64,000 bases of DNA from an uncultured Verrucomicrobiae bacterium (GCA_963834385.1 CAWIBO010000002.1:1248001-1312000), one strand, 5' to 3'; counted from the stretch's first letter, positions 19,778 to 29,754 are shown. Numbers and translations are program-made. Notes: generated by a model not told the origin, from the sequence alone.

Positions 19778-20482
19778 CTAGTTGAGCGTCGCGGCGGCGG
19801 TGTAGTCGCCCTGCAGTTGCAGCAGCATGCGGCGGCAATGTTTGTGCGCCTGGCGATCGGCCAGGATCCGCCGGCTCGTTTCGCGGTCGCCCCATTTCAG
19901 AATCTGAATTTTTTCGGTGCGCACGCCCCATTTGTTCATGTCGCGCTGGCTGCCCATGTAGAGATCAATCGTGTTGCGACCGGAAAGAGCCCAGCCGTAA
20001 TCGTCGACGCGGTAGGTCTGCCCGGTGGAAAGAATGCGAAAGGTGGTTCCGGCCGGCCAGCGGGACCAGTCGGCCGCGGCGCTCCCAATGCGCGGCGGGG
20101 AAGAACGGGTCCGCCGGGTTGTCGTCTTTCTTTTGGCAGCGGATTTTTTCCCGCTCCATTTCTTTTTCAGCGGATCAAGCTTGGCAAAGGTGTAGGCGAG
20201 ATCGGGCGCGAACCAGGGATTGAGTTCGGCGCGCTGGATCGGGCGCGAAGCGGGCTGGAGGCGTCCCCCCATGGCGTTGCGGGCCCCGTAGGCGAGGTGG
20301 TCCGCTTCCGTGTGCGTGTAAGCGGTGGTGCGCACCGTCTGGAAACTGGCCTGACCCATGGGGGGTTCGAAAGGCGGCAGGGCGCGGGTGGAAACACGGG
20401 TGGAAGTGGTAACGGCGCAGGAGGTGACCCAGAGGGCGATCAAGGCGAGCGCCAACAGCCGAAGAAGAGTAGGGGAAACCAT
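19778..20482 (-). CDS. 3D (Asp-Asp-Asp) domain lipoprotein, putative lytic transglycosylase-like
   Basis: Lipobox-like WVTSC, VRTTAYT, AAADWSRWPAGT, VDDYGWAL, TIDLYM, WG. Confidence 0.8.
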   Translation of the reverse strand: MVSPTLLRLLALALIALWVTSCAVTTSTRVSTRALPPFEPPMGQASFQTVRTTAYTHTEADHLAYGARNAMGGRLQPASRPIQRAELNPWFAPDLAYTFAKLDPLKKKWSGKKSAAKRKTTTRRTRSSPPRIGSAAADWSRWPAGTTFRILSTGQTYRVDDYGWALSGRNTIDLYMGSQRDMNKWGVRTEKIQILKWGDRETSRRILADRQAHKHCRRMLLQLQGDYTAAATLN

Positions 20483-20625
20483 TTCGGCCGAGTTATTAAC
20501 AGATATTCACAGAACGGGACAAGCCTGATTTTGCCCCGAAAAGGGTCGCGCCGGCTGCCTGCGCTCCCCGGGGAAGCATGCTGGCGTGTGGCCTGACAGT
20601 GGCCAAAGCCCGGCTATGGTGCGGC

Positions 20626-21810
20626 ATGCTCGCGGAATTCGAAAAGCAGCTCACCGAGACGCTCGAGGAAATCAAGGCGCAGGGCCTCTTCAAAACCGAA
20701 CGGGTCATCACCACGCCACAGGATGCGCACATCCGGATCACCGGCGGGAAGGAAGTGCTCAACATGTGCGCAAACAATTACCTTGGGCTGGCCGATCATC
20801 CGGCGTTGATCAAGGCGGCCACCGAAGCGCTCCAGACCCACGGGCTCGGGATGGCCAGCGTGCGTTTCATCTGCGGAACGCAGGACATTCACAAGGAACT
20901 GGAAGCGGCGCTGACCCGGTTCCTTGGGATGGAGGAAACGATTCTTTATCCGAGCGCGTTCGACGCCAACGGCGGCCTTTTTGAAACCCTTTTTGCGGCG
21001 GAGGACGCCATCATTTCAGATGAATTGAACCACGCCTCCATCATTGACGGCATCCGGCTGTGCAAAGCCCAGCGCCATCGCTACCGGCACAACGACATGG
21101 CCGACCTCGAGGCGAAGCTGCGGGAGGCGGCGGGCGCGCGCCATCGGCTGATCGCGACGGACGGCTGTTTTTCCATGGATGGCACGATCGCGAACCTGAC
21201 CGCGATCTGCGACCTGGCGGACAAACACAAGGCGCTGGTGATGATCGACGACTGCCACGCCACCGGGTTCCTCGGGAAGACAGGGCGGGGGACGCACGAG
21301 CATTGCGGGGTAATGGATCGGATCGACATCATCACGGGGACGCTGGGGAAGGCGCTGGGCGGCGCGAGTGGCGGTTTTACCAGCGCCCGCAAACCGATCG
21401 TGGACCTGCTGCGGCAGCGGTCGCGCCCCTATCTCTTTTCCAACACCGTGGCGCCGCCCGTGGTGGCGGCCTGCCTGAAGGCGCTCGAGCTGTTGAGCAG
21501 CTCGACGGCGCTGCGGGACAAGCTGGAGGAGAACACCCGGTTTTTTCGGCAGGCGCTGACGGACCGGGGCCTGACGATCAAGCCCGGGAGCCATCCCATT
21601 GTGCCGATCATGCTGGGCGATGCCGCGAAATCACAGCGGTTCGCCGCGCGCATGCTCGAGAAAGGGGTTTACGTGATCGGTTTCTTTTACCCGGTCGTTC
21701 CCCACGGGACGGCGCGGGTGCGAACGCAGGTGAGCGCGGCCCACTCGAGGGCAGACCTCGAGTTTGCCGTGAACGCCTTTGCGGAAACGAACGAAGAGCT
21801 GAAGGACTAG
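20626..21810 (+). CDS. kbl: Glycine C-acetyltransferase (2-amino-3-ketobutyrate CoA ligase)
   Basis: [57 protein letters not shown]. Confidence 0.96.
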   Translation: MLAEFEKQLTETLEEIKAQGLFKTERVITTPQDAHIRITGGKEVLNMCANNYLGLADHPALIKAATEALQTHGLGMASVRFICGTQDIHKELEAALTRFLGMEETILYPSAFDANGGLFETLFAAEDAIISDELNHASIIDGIRLCKAQRHRYRHNDMADLEAKLREAAGARHRLIATDGCFSMDGTIANLTAICDLADKHKALVMIDDCHATGFLGKTGRGTHEHCGVMDRIDIITGTLGKALGGASGGFTSARKPIVDLLRQRSRPYLFSNTVAPPVVAACLKALELLSSSTALRDKLEENTRFFRQALTDRGLTIKPGSHPIVPIMLGDAAKSQRFAARMLEKGVYVIGFFYPVVPHGTARVRTQVSAAHSRADLEFAVNAFAETNEELKD

Positions 21811-21811
21811 G

Positions 21812-22168
21812 CTACTTGGCGGCGGCCGCCTTGGCCTGGGCGCGCTGGTCCCACTCGGTCCGCAGCACCTTTTGCTCGGCGCTGAGAATGGCGAGGCGGG
21901 AGGGAACGCCCTTGTACTTCTTGACCGCGCCATTGACGGTGCGGTTGACAGCGCCCTGGCCGACAAGGCTTTGCAGCTTCTCGTAGGCGCGCAGGCGCAG
22001 CATTTCCTCGCCTCCGCTGGCGGCGTTGCGCTCGCGCAGGTTAAGGAAGACGATGTCGAAGAGTCCCTTGAACTCGTAGGAGGTTTTCGAGGAGAGAACC
22101 GCCACCAATTCTTCGGTGATGGTGTCAGGGGCTCGACGGGTGAAGGATGCGCCAGCGGGTTTAGCCAT
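21812..22168 (-). CDS. Hypothetical basic 118-aa protein, possibly winged helix
   Basis: Clean ORF. TATACT lies 5 nt before the ATG. Contains SGGEEMLRLRAYEKLQSLVGQGAV...KKYKG. Confidence 0.75.
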   Translation of the reverse strand: MAKPAGASFTRRAPDTITEELVAVLSSKTSYEFKGLFDIVFLNLRERNAASGGEEMLRLRAYEKLQSLVGQGAVNRTVNGAVKKYKGVPSRLAILSAEQKVLRTEWDQRAQAKAAAAK

Positions 22169-22286
22169 CGCGGAGTATAGCTTACTTTTACAATATTTCC
22201 TGCCTCTTTCGCAGGGAAGCCTGCTGGGACGTTTACACGTAAACTCCGGAAAACGACGACGGTTTCATCCGCCGCCCGCCGCCCGG

Positions 22287-23474
22287 TCACCGCCGATGCA
22301 AGGCAATGCTCGACCCGACCCAGGTTTTGTCCTTGTTAAATTTCACCCCCATCATCGCCCCCTGACTCATCCGGACCAGGTTGTTGACCAACACCGGCTC
22401 TCCTCCCTCCGGCCAGACAAACATCATCCTGATCTCGGCCTTGGAACGCGGACCCTCCGGCGTGGGGAGGAAATCGGCATACTCCACCTTCTTTTGCAGG
22501 ATCCATTCACCCGGTTTCTCCAGGGCGGCGACGGTCTCCTCCGTTGGCTGCAGATCGACGCCGAGCCCCGAGAAGGAATAAAGCGGTTTCAGGACGTAGT
22601 CCGCCAGGTCTTCGCCGGCCGGGAAGGCGTCGGCAAAAAACGTGGGGGCGGTGTGCGCACTCTTCAGGAAGGGGAGCGAGTGTTTGCTGATCCGGAAATA
22701 CCAGTTCGGGTGCCCAGCCCAGGTGACCTCCAGGTCGTCCTGGAGGGAGAAGGCCGGCTTTAGGTCCGGGCGCCGCAACAGTTCGTCGAAAATGACCCGG
22801 TTGTAGATGCGCTCGATCCGGTGCTCACGGCCGTCGCGCTCGTAGAACAGCTGGCGGCCGCGCCGCCGGACGTCCCCCAGGCTGATCGGCCGAACACCGA
22901 GGAGCGTTTCCGTGGCGGCAAAATCGATCCGGGTTGGCTGCTTTTCCGGCTCGATCTCGAGCAGGACCACGTTTTCCGGGTTGTGCCCGGCGAAGATGAC
23001 GCGCCGCAGCAGATCGAGATAAATCTCATCCGTGACGCCGCCGAAAGAGGAAGTCCAGTCCGGCGGGATGGCGCGGAAAGCCGCGCGCATGCACTTGAGA
23101 AGAAGAAACTGGAAGCCGTAAAGACTGGGGAACCCCTGGAGCTCGATCAATCGCGGCGTCAGGCGCCCCTCCACCCGGCAAATGCCAAAATCGATGGCAA
23201 GGAAGTTGGGATGGGGCGTTTCCCCCGGGACGGAAAGGCCGTCCGGAATGGCACCTGCGGCGTGCCGCGTGAACTCGGGCGTCCGGACTTGTCTCACGAT
23301 CTCCTCGGCGGCGCCGACCACTTCCCGGCAGAATTCGTCGGTGAGGAAAATGGGTGACTCCGCGATCCGGAAGGTGGCGGGCCAGTATTCGCTTGTGTTT
23401 ACGCAACGCTCGAGCGCGGCGTATTTCTCGAGGGTAAAGTCGCCGTTAAAACGGGCGCGCAGCTCCGGGTCCAT
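22287..23474 (-). CDS. Circularly permuted ATP-grasp (glutathionylspermidine/GSH-synthetase-like) amide ligase
   Basis: AIDFG...PRLIELQGFPS precedes RIYNRVIFDEL, ISKHSL, YVLKPLYSFSGLGV and WILQKKVEY, which is the permuted motif order. Confidence 0.72.
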   Translation of the reverse strand: MDPELRARFNGDFTLEKYAALERCVNTSEYWPATFRIAESPIFLTDEFCREVVGAAEEIVRQVRTPEFTRHAAGAIPDGLSVPGETPHPNFLAIDFGICRVEGRLTPRLIELQGFPSLYGFQFLLLKCMRAAFRAIPPDWTSSFGGVTDEIYLDLLRRVIFAGHNPENVVLLEIEPEKQPTRIDFAATETLLGVRPISLGDVRRRGRQLFYERDGREHRIERIYNRVIFDELLRRPDLKPAFSLQDDLEVTWAGHPNWYFRISKHSLPFLKSAHTAPTFFADAFPAGEDLADYVLKPLYSFSGLGVDLQPTEETVAALEKPGEWILQKKVEYADFLPTPEGPRSKAEIRMMFVWPEGGEPVLVNNLVRMSQGAMMGVKFNKDKTWVGSSIALHRR

Positions 23475-23544
23475 GCCCGGCGATTATGCGGGAATCCGCG
23501 CCGCTTGCCTCTCTTTTCTTGCCCGTCCCCCGGAAACCGCGGGC

Positions 23545-24561
23545 CTAAATGAGAAATCGGCCGCCCTGCATGACCTGGTCGCCGTCGAACCAGATGTCGA
23601 AGTCGCGTCCGACACAGTCGATATGCGTTTTCGAGATCCAATCGGCGCCGGTGTGCTCGGCATAGGGATGACCAAAGGCGATGTGGATGCCAGGGATCTT
23701 CTCGTCCTGGAGAATGTTGCCGATGACCCGGGTGCAGGCGGTATTGGTGCCGATGGCGAATTCTCCCACGCGATTGCTGTTTTCGTCCGTGCTGGTGTAG
23801 GCACGAAACTCCTCCAGCAGCTCCGTGTTCTCGCAGGCCAGGGAACGAATGCGGCTCTCTTCCACTTCAATCGTGAGCGGCGTTTCCCGAATGTCACCGT
23901 ACTTCTGGCAGAGATAATCGCCGACCACGCCGTCGACCACGAAGACGCCGCGGCTGTTCAGGGGCGAGGTGAAGATCTCGCCGCCCGGGAGGTTGCCCCA
24001 TTTTTCGGGCGTAATGATCCCGCTGGTCTTGAGCCACTTCAGCTTGGGCGAGAGCTCGGCCTCGAAGTCGGTTCCGGCCGGGGTCCGGCAGGTAACGCGT
24101 TTTGTCTGCCGCGCCCGTTCCACGAGGCGCTGGCTGAGGGCGTCGACGGCGAGAAAATCGGCGCGCATCCCCTCGCGCATGATCTGCGGAGTGATGTTGA
24201 CCATGTGGCCGTGACGAATGCCCTGGCGATTCACCACCGCCGTCATCTGGATGCGTGAACCGAGCTCGCCGCGCTGCGTTTGCGCGCAGAGGACGGAAAC
24301 CTGCGAGGTGGCGAGGTCGTCCAAAATCGGCTGCGGCATGCCGGTGAGCGGGCGCGGCGCATAATCTTCCAGGACAAACACGCGGTGCTCGGCGCCGAGG
24401 CGCTCCACCTCCTGCTCGAGGGCGGCGGCGATCTCCCGCGTGGCTTCGTCGGTGATGATGGTGATGCGCTCGGAAGGCTGCAGGCGAAGGCAAATCTCAA
24501 CCGCATTCCGCGCCCCGGGAACGAGATCCTGGTTGATGGGGAGGGCGGCGGGATTCGGCAT
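23545..24561 (-). CDS. Aminopeptidase, M29 (aminopeptidase T-like) family
   Basis: GNLPGGEIFTSP, VGEFAIGTN, LQDEKIPGIHIAFG, THID. Confidence 0.88.
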   Translation of the reverse strand: MPNPAALPINQDLVPGARNAVEICLRLQPSERITIITDEATREIAAALEQEVERLGAEHRVFVLEDYAPRPLTGMPQPILDDLATSQVSVLCAQTQRGELGSRIQMTAVVNRQGIRHGHMVNITPQIMREGMRADFLAVDALSQRLVERARQTKRVTCRTPAGTDFEAELSPKLKWLKTSGIITPEKWGNLPGGEIFTSPLNSRGVFVVDGVVGDYLCQKYGDIRETPLTIEVEESRIRSLACENTELLEEFRAYTSTDENSNRVGEFAIGTNTACTRVIGNILQDEKIPGIHIAFGHPYAEHTGADWISKTHIDCVGRDFDIWFDGDQVMQGGRFLI

Positions 24562-24887
24562 GGGCTCCCACCTTTACGCGAAAAGAGAGACTCGGCAATG
24601 CGTTGACCGGGCCGAAATCCGCGCGACCCGGCGGGGAGGAAAATGGTTCGGCCGGTGACCTGGACCCATTTTCTGTGGCAGAGAGCGATGGCCGAGCGCG
24701 GCCAGGGGCCGGCCAGACCTCCCAAGCCCCAGTGCGACAGACTGTCCCGCTACAGTTTTCTCGAGAAATCGACCCTCGAAAGTTCACTGACCTCATACGT
24801 AACTGTATCATCTTCAGATAAATGCAGCTATTTCATGTCGCGGCTTGTCACGCTGTGGGGCGGGTCTAAATTCTGTGCAGGGTTTTC

Positions 24888-25340
24888 ATGGCTACACGTC
24901 GCAAACGCAAGCTGGCGCATTCACGGTTGCCGATGCAGGGGCAGTTGAATCTGCGGCAGGAAGGCCGCTACTTTGACCTGCAAAAGTTGTTCGATGAACT
25001 GAACCAGCGGTATTTCCGGAGTCGTTTGCGCGATTATCGCGTGGTCTGGGGAAGGCGGCGTCGCCGCCGGCCAAAGGAATATCTTGTCCTCGGCACGATC
25101 CAGGAAGAGGACCGCGTGATCCGAATCAATCCGCAGCTGGACCAACCGTGGGTGCCGTCATGGTTCCTGCGTTACATCCTCTATCATGAAATGCTCCACT
25201 CGGTCGTGCCGGAGGAACCGTTGGGCCGCGGGCGCCGCCGGGTGCACACCGAGGAATTCAATCGCCGCGAACGCCTGTATCCGGGCTACCGGCGGGCGCG
25301 CCGCTGGGAAGAGGAAAACCTGGCGCGGTTTCTCCGATAG
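24888..25340 (+). CDS. SprT-like/M48-like small zinc metallopeptidase
   Basis: LFDELNQRYF, IRINPQLD, YILYHEMLH (HExxH), HTEEF; very Arg-rich. Confidence 0.8.
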   Translation: MATRRKRKLAHSRLPMQGQLNLRQEGRYFDLQKLFDELNQRYFRSRLRDYRVVWGRRRRRRPKEYLVLGTIQEEDRVIRINPQLDQPWVPSWFLRYILYHEMLHSVVPEEPLGRGRRRVHTEEFNRRERLYPGYRRARRWEEENLARFLR

Positions 25341-25353
25341 ACAGGCGGGCGGG

Positions 25354-25500
25354 TTAGCGGCGCTCCGAGGCGGAGGCCCGGGGATCGTCAAACAGGGAGG
25401 GTGTCGTTGCGACGTTCTTTTTGATGAGGTACCAGAGCGTCATCGCGAGGAGGATCGAGATCAGCTTCGCCCGCCAGTTGCTCAGAATCAGTCTCTTCAT
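25354..25500 (-). CDS. 48-aa CdaR/YbbR-like N-terminal membrane peptide without YbbR domains
   Basis: MKRLILSNWRAKLISILLAMTLWYLIKKN matches the NW..K..S..LA..LW anchor of CdaR. It lies directly behind and overlaps cdaA. Confidence 0.7.
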   Translation of the reverse strand: MKRLILSNWRAKLISILLAMTLWYLIKKNVATTPSLFDDPRASASERR

Positions 25501-26263
25501 AGGTCCGTTGCAGCAGGATCTCGCTGATCCGTTTGCGGAATGTTTCCGGGGTAAAGTTTCGCTCGATGCGCCGGCGATAACAAATGGTGATTCCGCCCGT
25601 TTCCTCGGAGACGATGACGGCGACCGCGTCTGATTCCTCGGTGATGCCGAGGCCGGCGCGGTGGCGCAGCCCAAGGCTGCGATCGAGGGTCTCGCGCTGG
25701 CTGACCGGGAAGATGCAGGCGGCAGCGGCGATATGGCCGTCGCGCACGATGACGCCGCCGTCGTGCAGGGCGGACTTGGGATGGAAGATGGTGAGCATGA
25801 GCTCGACGGAGAAATCGGCGTTCAAGGCGACACCTGTCTCCTCGTAGACCCGGATGGAGGTGTCGCGCTCGATGGCGATGAGCGCGCCAAACTGCTTGTT
25901 GGCCAACTGGGTGACCGCCTCGGCGAGGTCATGCACCGTTTCGCGTTTTTCACTGGTGAGGGAAAAGATGGGATGGCCGCCAAGCTCGGCGAGACCGCGC
26001 CGAAGCTCGGGCTGGAAGATGACCACGAGCGCGATCGCGAGAAAAACCGAGAAGCTCCGGATGATCCACCCGATGACGACGAGGTTCAGGAGCTGGGAAA
26101 TGAGGGTCAGAGTGAGAAAGACGATGGCGAGACCGGTCAGCACCTTGGCACCGCGGGTGCCGCGAAAATAGCGATAGCCGTAATAGATGCCGACGGTGAG
26201 AAGGGCGACCTCGATGGCGCTCCGCCAGCGCGCGGCGGCGAACTCGAGAACCTGCTCCATCAT
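25388..26263 (-). CDS. cdaA: Diadenylate cyclase CdaA/DacA
   Basis: Three N-terminal TM segments, VIFQPELRRGL, GALIAIER, LHDGG, LGLRHRAGLGITEESDA, VSEETG. Confidence 0.95.
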   Translation of the reverse strand: MMEQVLEFAAARWRSAIEVALLTVGIYYGYRYFRGTRGAKVLTGLAIVFLTLTLISQLLNLVVIGWIIRSFSVFLAIALVVIFQPELRRGLAELGGHPIFSLTSEKRETVHDLAEAVTQLANKQFGALIAIERDTSIRVYEETGVALNADFSVELMLTIFHPKSALHDGGVIVRDGHIAAAACIFPVSQRETLDRSLGLRHRAGLGITEESDAVAVIVSEETGGITICYRRRIERNFTPETFRKRISEILLQRTYEETDSEQLAGEADLDPPRDDALVPHQKERRNDTLPV

Positions 26264-27111
26264 GAGGCCGCCTCCAGCACTGCCTCGGCCACGCGCAAGG
26301 CCTGGACATTCTCGCGCACCTCGTGCACCCGCAGGACGTCGGCGCCCCGGGCGCGCAGAAGGGTGGAAAGCCCGATCGTGGGCGCGGAGCGGTCCGCCAT
26401 CTCGCCGCGGCCCAGAATGCGGCCGAGGAAAGATTTGCGCGAAACGCCGACAACGAGGGGACGATCATGCACCCGGAGCTTTTCCAGGCCGCCGAGAAGG
26501 GCCAGATTATGTTCCAGCGTTTTCCCGAAGCCAATTCCCGGATCGAACGCGATGGTCATGGGGTCGATGCCCGATTCTATTGCCCGGGCGTATTGTTGTC
26601 GAAAAAATTCGGCCACTTCCGCGACAACGTCTTCATAATGAGGCGCGGCCTGCATGGTCCGCGGTGAACCCTGCATGTGCATCAGGATGATGCCGGCGCC
26701 GCGCTCGGCTGCCAGAGGGAACATGCCAGGATCGGCGCGTCCAGCCGTGACATCGTTGATGATGACCGCGCCTCGCTCGAGCGCGGCGCGCGCGACCTTT
26801 GCCTTCGCGGTATCGATCGAAAGCATGACCCGCTCGTTTGGCGGAAGGCGGTCCAGGACCGGGAGAAGGCGGGCCAATTCCTCCTCCGCGGAAACTTCGG
26901 GCGCGTCCGGCCGGGTCGATTCCCCTCCCAGATCGATGATATCGGCCCCGTCAGCGGCGAGCCGGCTGGCCTGCGCCACCGCATGATCGGGATCGTGGAA
27001 AAGGCCGCCATCCGAGAAGGAATCAGGGGTGACATTGAGAACGCCCATGACCAGCGCGCGCCTGGAGCAATCCATCGTGCGGCCGCCGATTTTCCAAAGG
27101 CGCTGGCCCAT
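26260..27111 (-). CDS. folP: Dihydropteroate synthase
   Basis: MGVLNVTPDSFSDGG, GGESTRP, DPGIGFGK, SRKSF, LRVHEV. Confidence 0.97.
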   Translation of the reverse strand: MGQRLWKIGGRTMDCSRRALVMGVLNVTPDSFSDGGLFHDPDHAVAQASRLAADGADIIDLGGESTRPDAPEVSAEEELARLLPVLDRLPPNERVMLSIDTAKAKVARAALERGAVIINDVTAGRADPGMFPLAAERGAGIILMHMQGSPRTMQAAPHYEDVVAEVAEFFRQQYARAIESGIDPMTIAFDPGIGFGKTLEHNLALLGGLEKLRVHDRPLVVGVSRKSFLGRILGRGEMADRSAPTIGLSTLLRARGADVLRVHEVRENVQALRVAEAVLEAAS

Positions 27112-27210
27112 GCGGATGAGACTAACACAGGCGCGCCGTTATTCGATCTTGCGGCGGAGAGACATTGCCCCGTCAATGTGACGGATTGAAACCGGGCGTT
27201 TCGCCCTCTC

Positions 27211-29412
27211 ATGAAACCGGAAAAAAAAGATCTGCGGGCCGCCATTGACGCGCTTTTGCGAGCCCCGGCCTACACCCCGCTGGACCAGCGGGAGATGGCG
27301 CGGGCGCTTGGGCGCAAGGTGGACGGGGCCGAGCTGCGACGCACGCTGGGGGAGATGGAGCGGGCCGGCGAGGTCGCGCGCATCCGCAAGGACCGATACG
27401 TCCTGCCGAAGGAAGCCGACCTCGTCACGGGCAAGCTGCAGATGCATCAATCCGGTTTTGCTTTCCTGACCAACGAGAAGGCCGGTGGCCCGGACATTTA
27501 CATCTCCGCGGAAAACACCGGCACGGCCATGAACGGCGACCGGGTGGTGGTGCGGCTCGGGGTTGAACCGGCCGCGCACCGTCGCCGCCGCGGAACGGGC
27601 GATCGTCCGGAAGGGCGGGTCATCCGGATCCTGGAACGAGCGCATGACACCGCGGTCGGCACCCTGCAGCGCTCGAAAAAGAACCTCTTTTATGTCGTGC
27701 CGGATGACCCGCGTTTTGTGCATGACATCTATGTGCCGCCGCCGCGGGGGGGCGGCGGCCGGAAGACGGCGCAGGTGGGGGACAAGGTGGTGGTCCATCT
27801 GGAGCCGTGGGAATCACGGCACGTCAACCCGGAAGGCGAGATTATCGAAGTGCTCGGGCCGGCCGGCGCCCCGGGGATCGACATGCTTTCGATCATTCGG
27901 AAACATCATCTCCCGACCGAATTCCCGCGGGCGGTGCTGGATGAGGCGGGCCGGATCCCGGAAGTGGTGGCTCCCGAGATGTGGCAGGGCCGGGAGGACC
28001 TGCGCGACCAGTTCATCTGCACGATTGATCCGGATGACGCGCGTGATTTCGACGATGCCATCAACGTGGAGGAGACGGGCAACGGCTGGCGCCTGGGCGT
28101 GCACATCGCCGATGTGGCGGCTTATGTGGAACCGGGCAGCGCGCTGGACCGGGAGGCGCTCAAGCGCGGCAACAGCGTTTATCTGCCCGACCGCGTTCTG
28201 CCGATGCTGCCGGAGCGGCTGAGCAACGGCGTCTGCAGCCTGAAGCCGGGCGTGGAACGCCTGACCCATTCGGCCTTCATGACCTTTACGCGCGATGGCC
28301 AGATGAAGAATGTGCGCTTTGCCCGCACCGTCATCCGGAGCGCCAAACGCCTTACCTACAAGGAGGCCTACCAGATTTTGCAGGGACCGGTGCGCGACGA
28401 GCTCTCGCAGCGCCTGCACACGGCCTGGGAACTGGCGGCGCTCCTGCGCCGGAAACGTTTCGCGGCGGGCTCGCTCGACCTCGATTTCCCGGAGGTGAAA
28501 GTCTGGCTCGACGACAAAGGGAAACCGGTCCGCCTGGAGAAGGTGGAGAACGACGAGTCCCACCAGTTGATCGAGGAGTTCATGCTGGCGGCGAACGAGG
28601 CCGTGGCGCGCGAACTGAAGAACCGCACGATCCCGTCCGTTTACCGGGTGCACGAGCAGCCCGACCCGGACAAGCTCGCGGAGTACCGCGAACTGGTGCT
28701 GAGCCATGGCTACAAGGTGGGCGACCTGACGCAGCGACCGGAGCTGCAGCGGCTGCTCAAGGAAATTTCGGGGAAGGCGGAGGGACCGGCGTTGAAAATC
28801 GGATTGCTCAAGAGCCTGAAGCGCGCCCGTTACGCGCCGCAGCCGCTGGGTCATTACGGGCTGGCCAAGAACAACTACACGCATTTCACCAGCCCGATCC
28901 GGCGATATGCCGACCTCGTGGTGCACCGCGCGCTCGAGGCGCTGAGCCGATCCCGCCGCCCGGCGCTCGATGCCAGCCGCGTCGCTTCCATGGCGGAACA
29001 TCTTTCCACCACCGAACGGGTGGCGGCCGAGGCCGAGATCGACGGGGTGAAGATGAAAAAGCTGGAGTTTTTCCAGCAGCAACTCGACCAGCGCAATCCG
29101 CAGCTCTTCCGCGCGGTCATCATCGACATCCGCAATTACGGCATGGTGATCGAGTTGCCCGACGTGGTCCTGAGCGGACTGATCCATGTCTCGTCGCTGA
29201 CCGACGACTTTTACTCGTTCGAGCCGGCGCAGCGGCGCCTGGTGGGCCGGCGCACCCGCCGCCGGTTCGCCGTGGGCGACGAAGTAAAAGTCCAGGTGGC
29301 GCGGGTGGACCTTTTCAAGCGGCAGGTCGACTTCACCGTGGCAGGCGAAGAGACAACCCGGCCGGAACGCGGCCGCGGCGGAGCGCGCCCGGCCCGGAGC
29401 CGGCGGCGGTAA
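27211..29412 (+). CDS. rnr: Ribonuclease R
   Basis: N-terminal HTH and CSD domains, [38 protein letters not shown]-terminal S1. Confidence 0.95.
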   Translation: MKPEKKDLRAAIDALLRAPAYTPLDQREMARALGRKVDGAELRRTLGEMERAGEVARIRKDRYVLPKEADLVTGKLQMHQSGFAFLTNEKAGGPDIYISAENTGTAMNGDRVVVRLGVEPAAHRRRRGTGDRPEGRVIRILERAHDTAVGTLQRSKKNLFYVVPDDPRFVHDIYVPPPRGGGGRKTAQVGDKVVVHLEPWESRHVNPEGEIIEVLGPAGAPGIDMLSIIRKHHLPTEFPRAVLDEAGRIPEVVAPEMWQGREDLRDQFICTIDPDDARDFDDAINVEETGNGWRLGVHIADVAAYVEPGSALDREALKRGNSVYLPDRVLPMLPERLSNGVCSLKPGVERLTHSAFMTFTRDGQMKNVRFARTVIRSAKRLTYKEAYQILQGPVRDELSQRLHTAWELAALLRRKRFAAGSLDLDFPEVKVWLDDKGKPVRLEKVENDESHQLIEEFMLAANEAVARELKNRTIPSVYRVHEQPDPDKLAEYRELVLSHGYKVGDLTQRPELQRLLKEISGKAEGPALKIGLLKSLKRARYAPQPLGHYGLAKNNYTHFTSPIRRYADLVVHRALEALSRSRRPALDASRVASMAEHLSTTERVAAEAEIDGVKMKKLEFFQQQLDQRNPQLFRAVIIDIRNYGMVIELPDVVLSGLIHVSSLTDDFYSFEPAQRRLVGRRTRRRFAVGDEVKVQVARVDLFKRQVDFTVAGEETTRPERGRGGARPARSRRR

Positions 29413-29496
29413 GAGTCTCCACCGGGGCAACTTGGCCGGAGGAGGACCGAAATTCTTCTTCCCCTTCCGTTTTCCGGGAGGTAAAACTGCCCCGTT

Positions 29497-29706
29497 ATGG
29501 ACAGCATTATCGCGGGGAAGGAGCTCCAGATCGAGCGGAAGCGATTCTGGATCGACTTCAGGACGAACGAGAGGGGCCAGTTCCTTCGGATCACGGAGGA
29601 AGCGCACGGGCGCCGCAACTCCATCATCGTTCCCAGCACCGGGCTCGAGGAATTCCGGACGGCCATCTCCGAAGTCCTGGCGGAAAGCCAGACCGCCGTT
29701 TCCTGA
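29497..29706 (+). CDS. Single PUR-repeat (PurA-like) ssDNA/RNA-binding protein
   Basis: [27 protein letters not shown]...RRNSIIVP...LEEF matches the PUR repeat pattern. Confidence 0.85.
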   Translation: MDSIIAGKELQIERKRFWIDFRTNERGQFLRITEEAHGRRNSIIVPSTGLEEFRTAISEVLAESQTAVS

Positions 29707-29754
29707 TTCTCCTTCCGTTTCCTGTCGCCGAAGGCCGCCTGACCGGCGGACGCG

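Noticed and set aside
24869..24880. 12-mer AATTCTGTGCAG shared with 58639-58650
   Set aside because: A single 12-nt match is expected by chance in 64 kb, and the positions relative to genes differ.
27170..27184. Inverted repeat CCGTCA-atg-TGACGG between folP and rnr
   Set aside because: Too short and single-copy to support an operator call.
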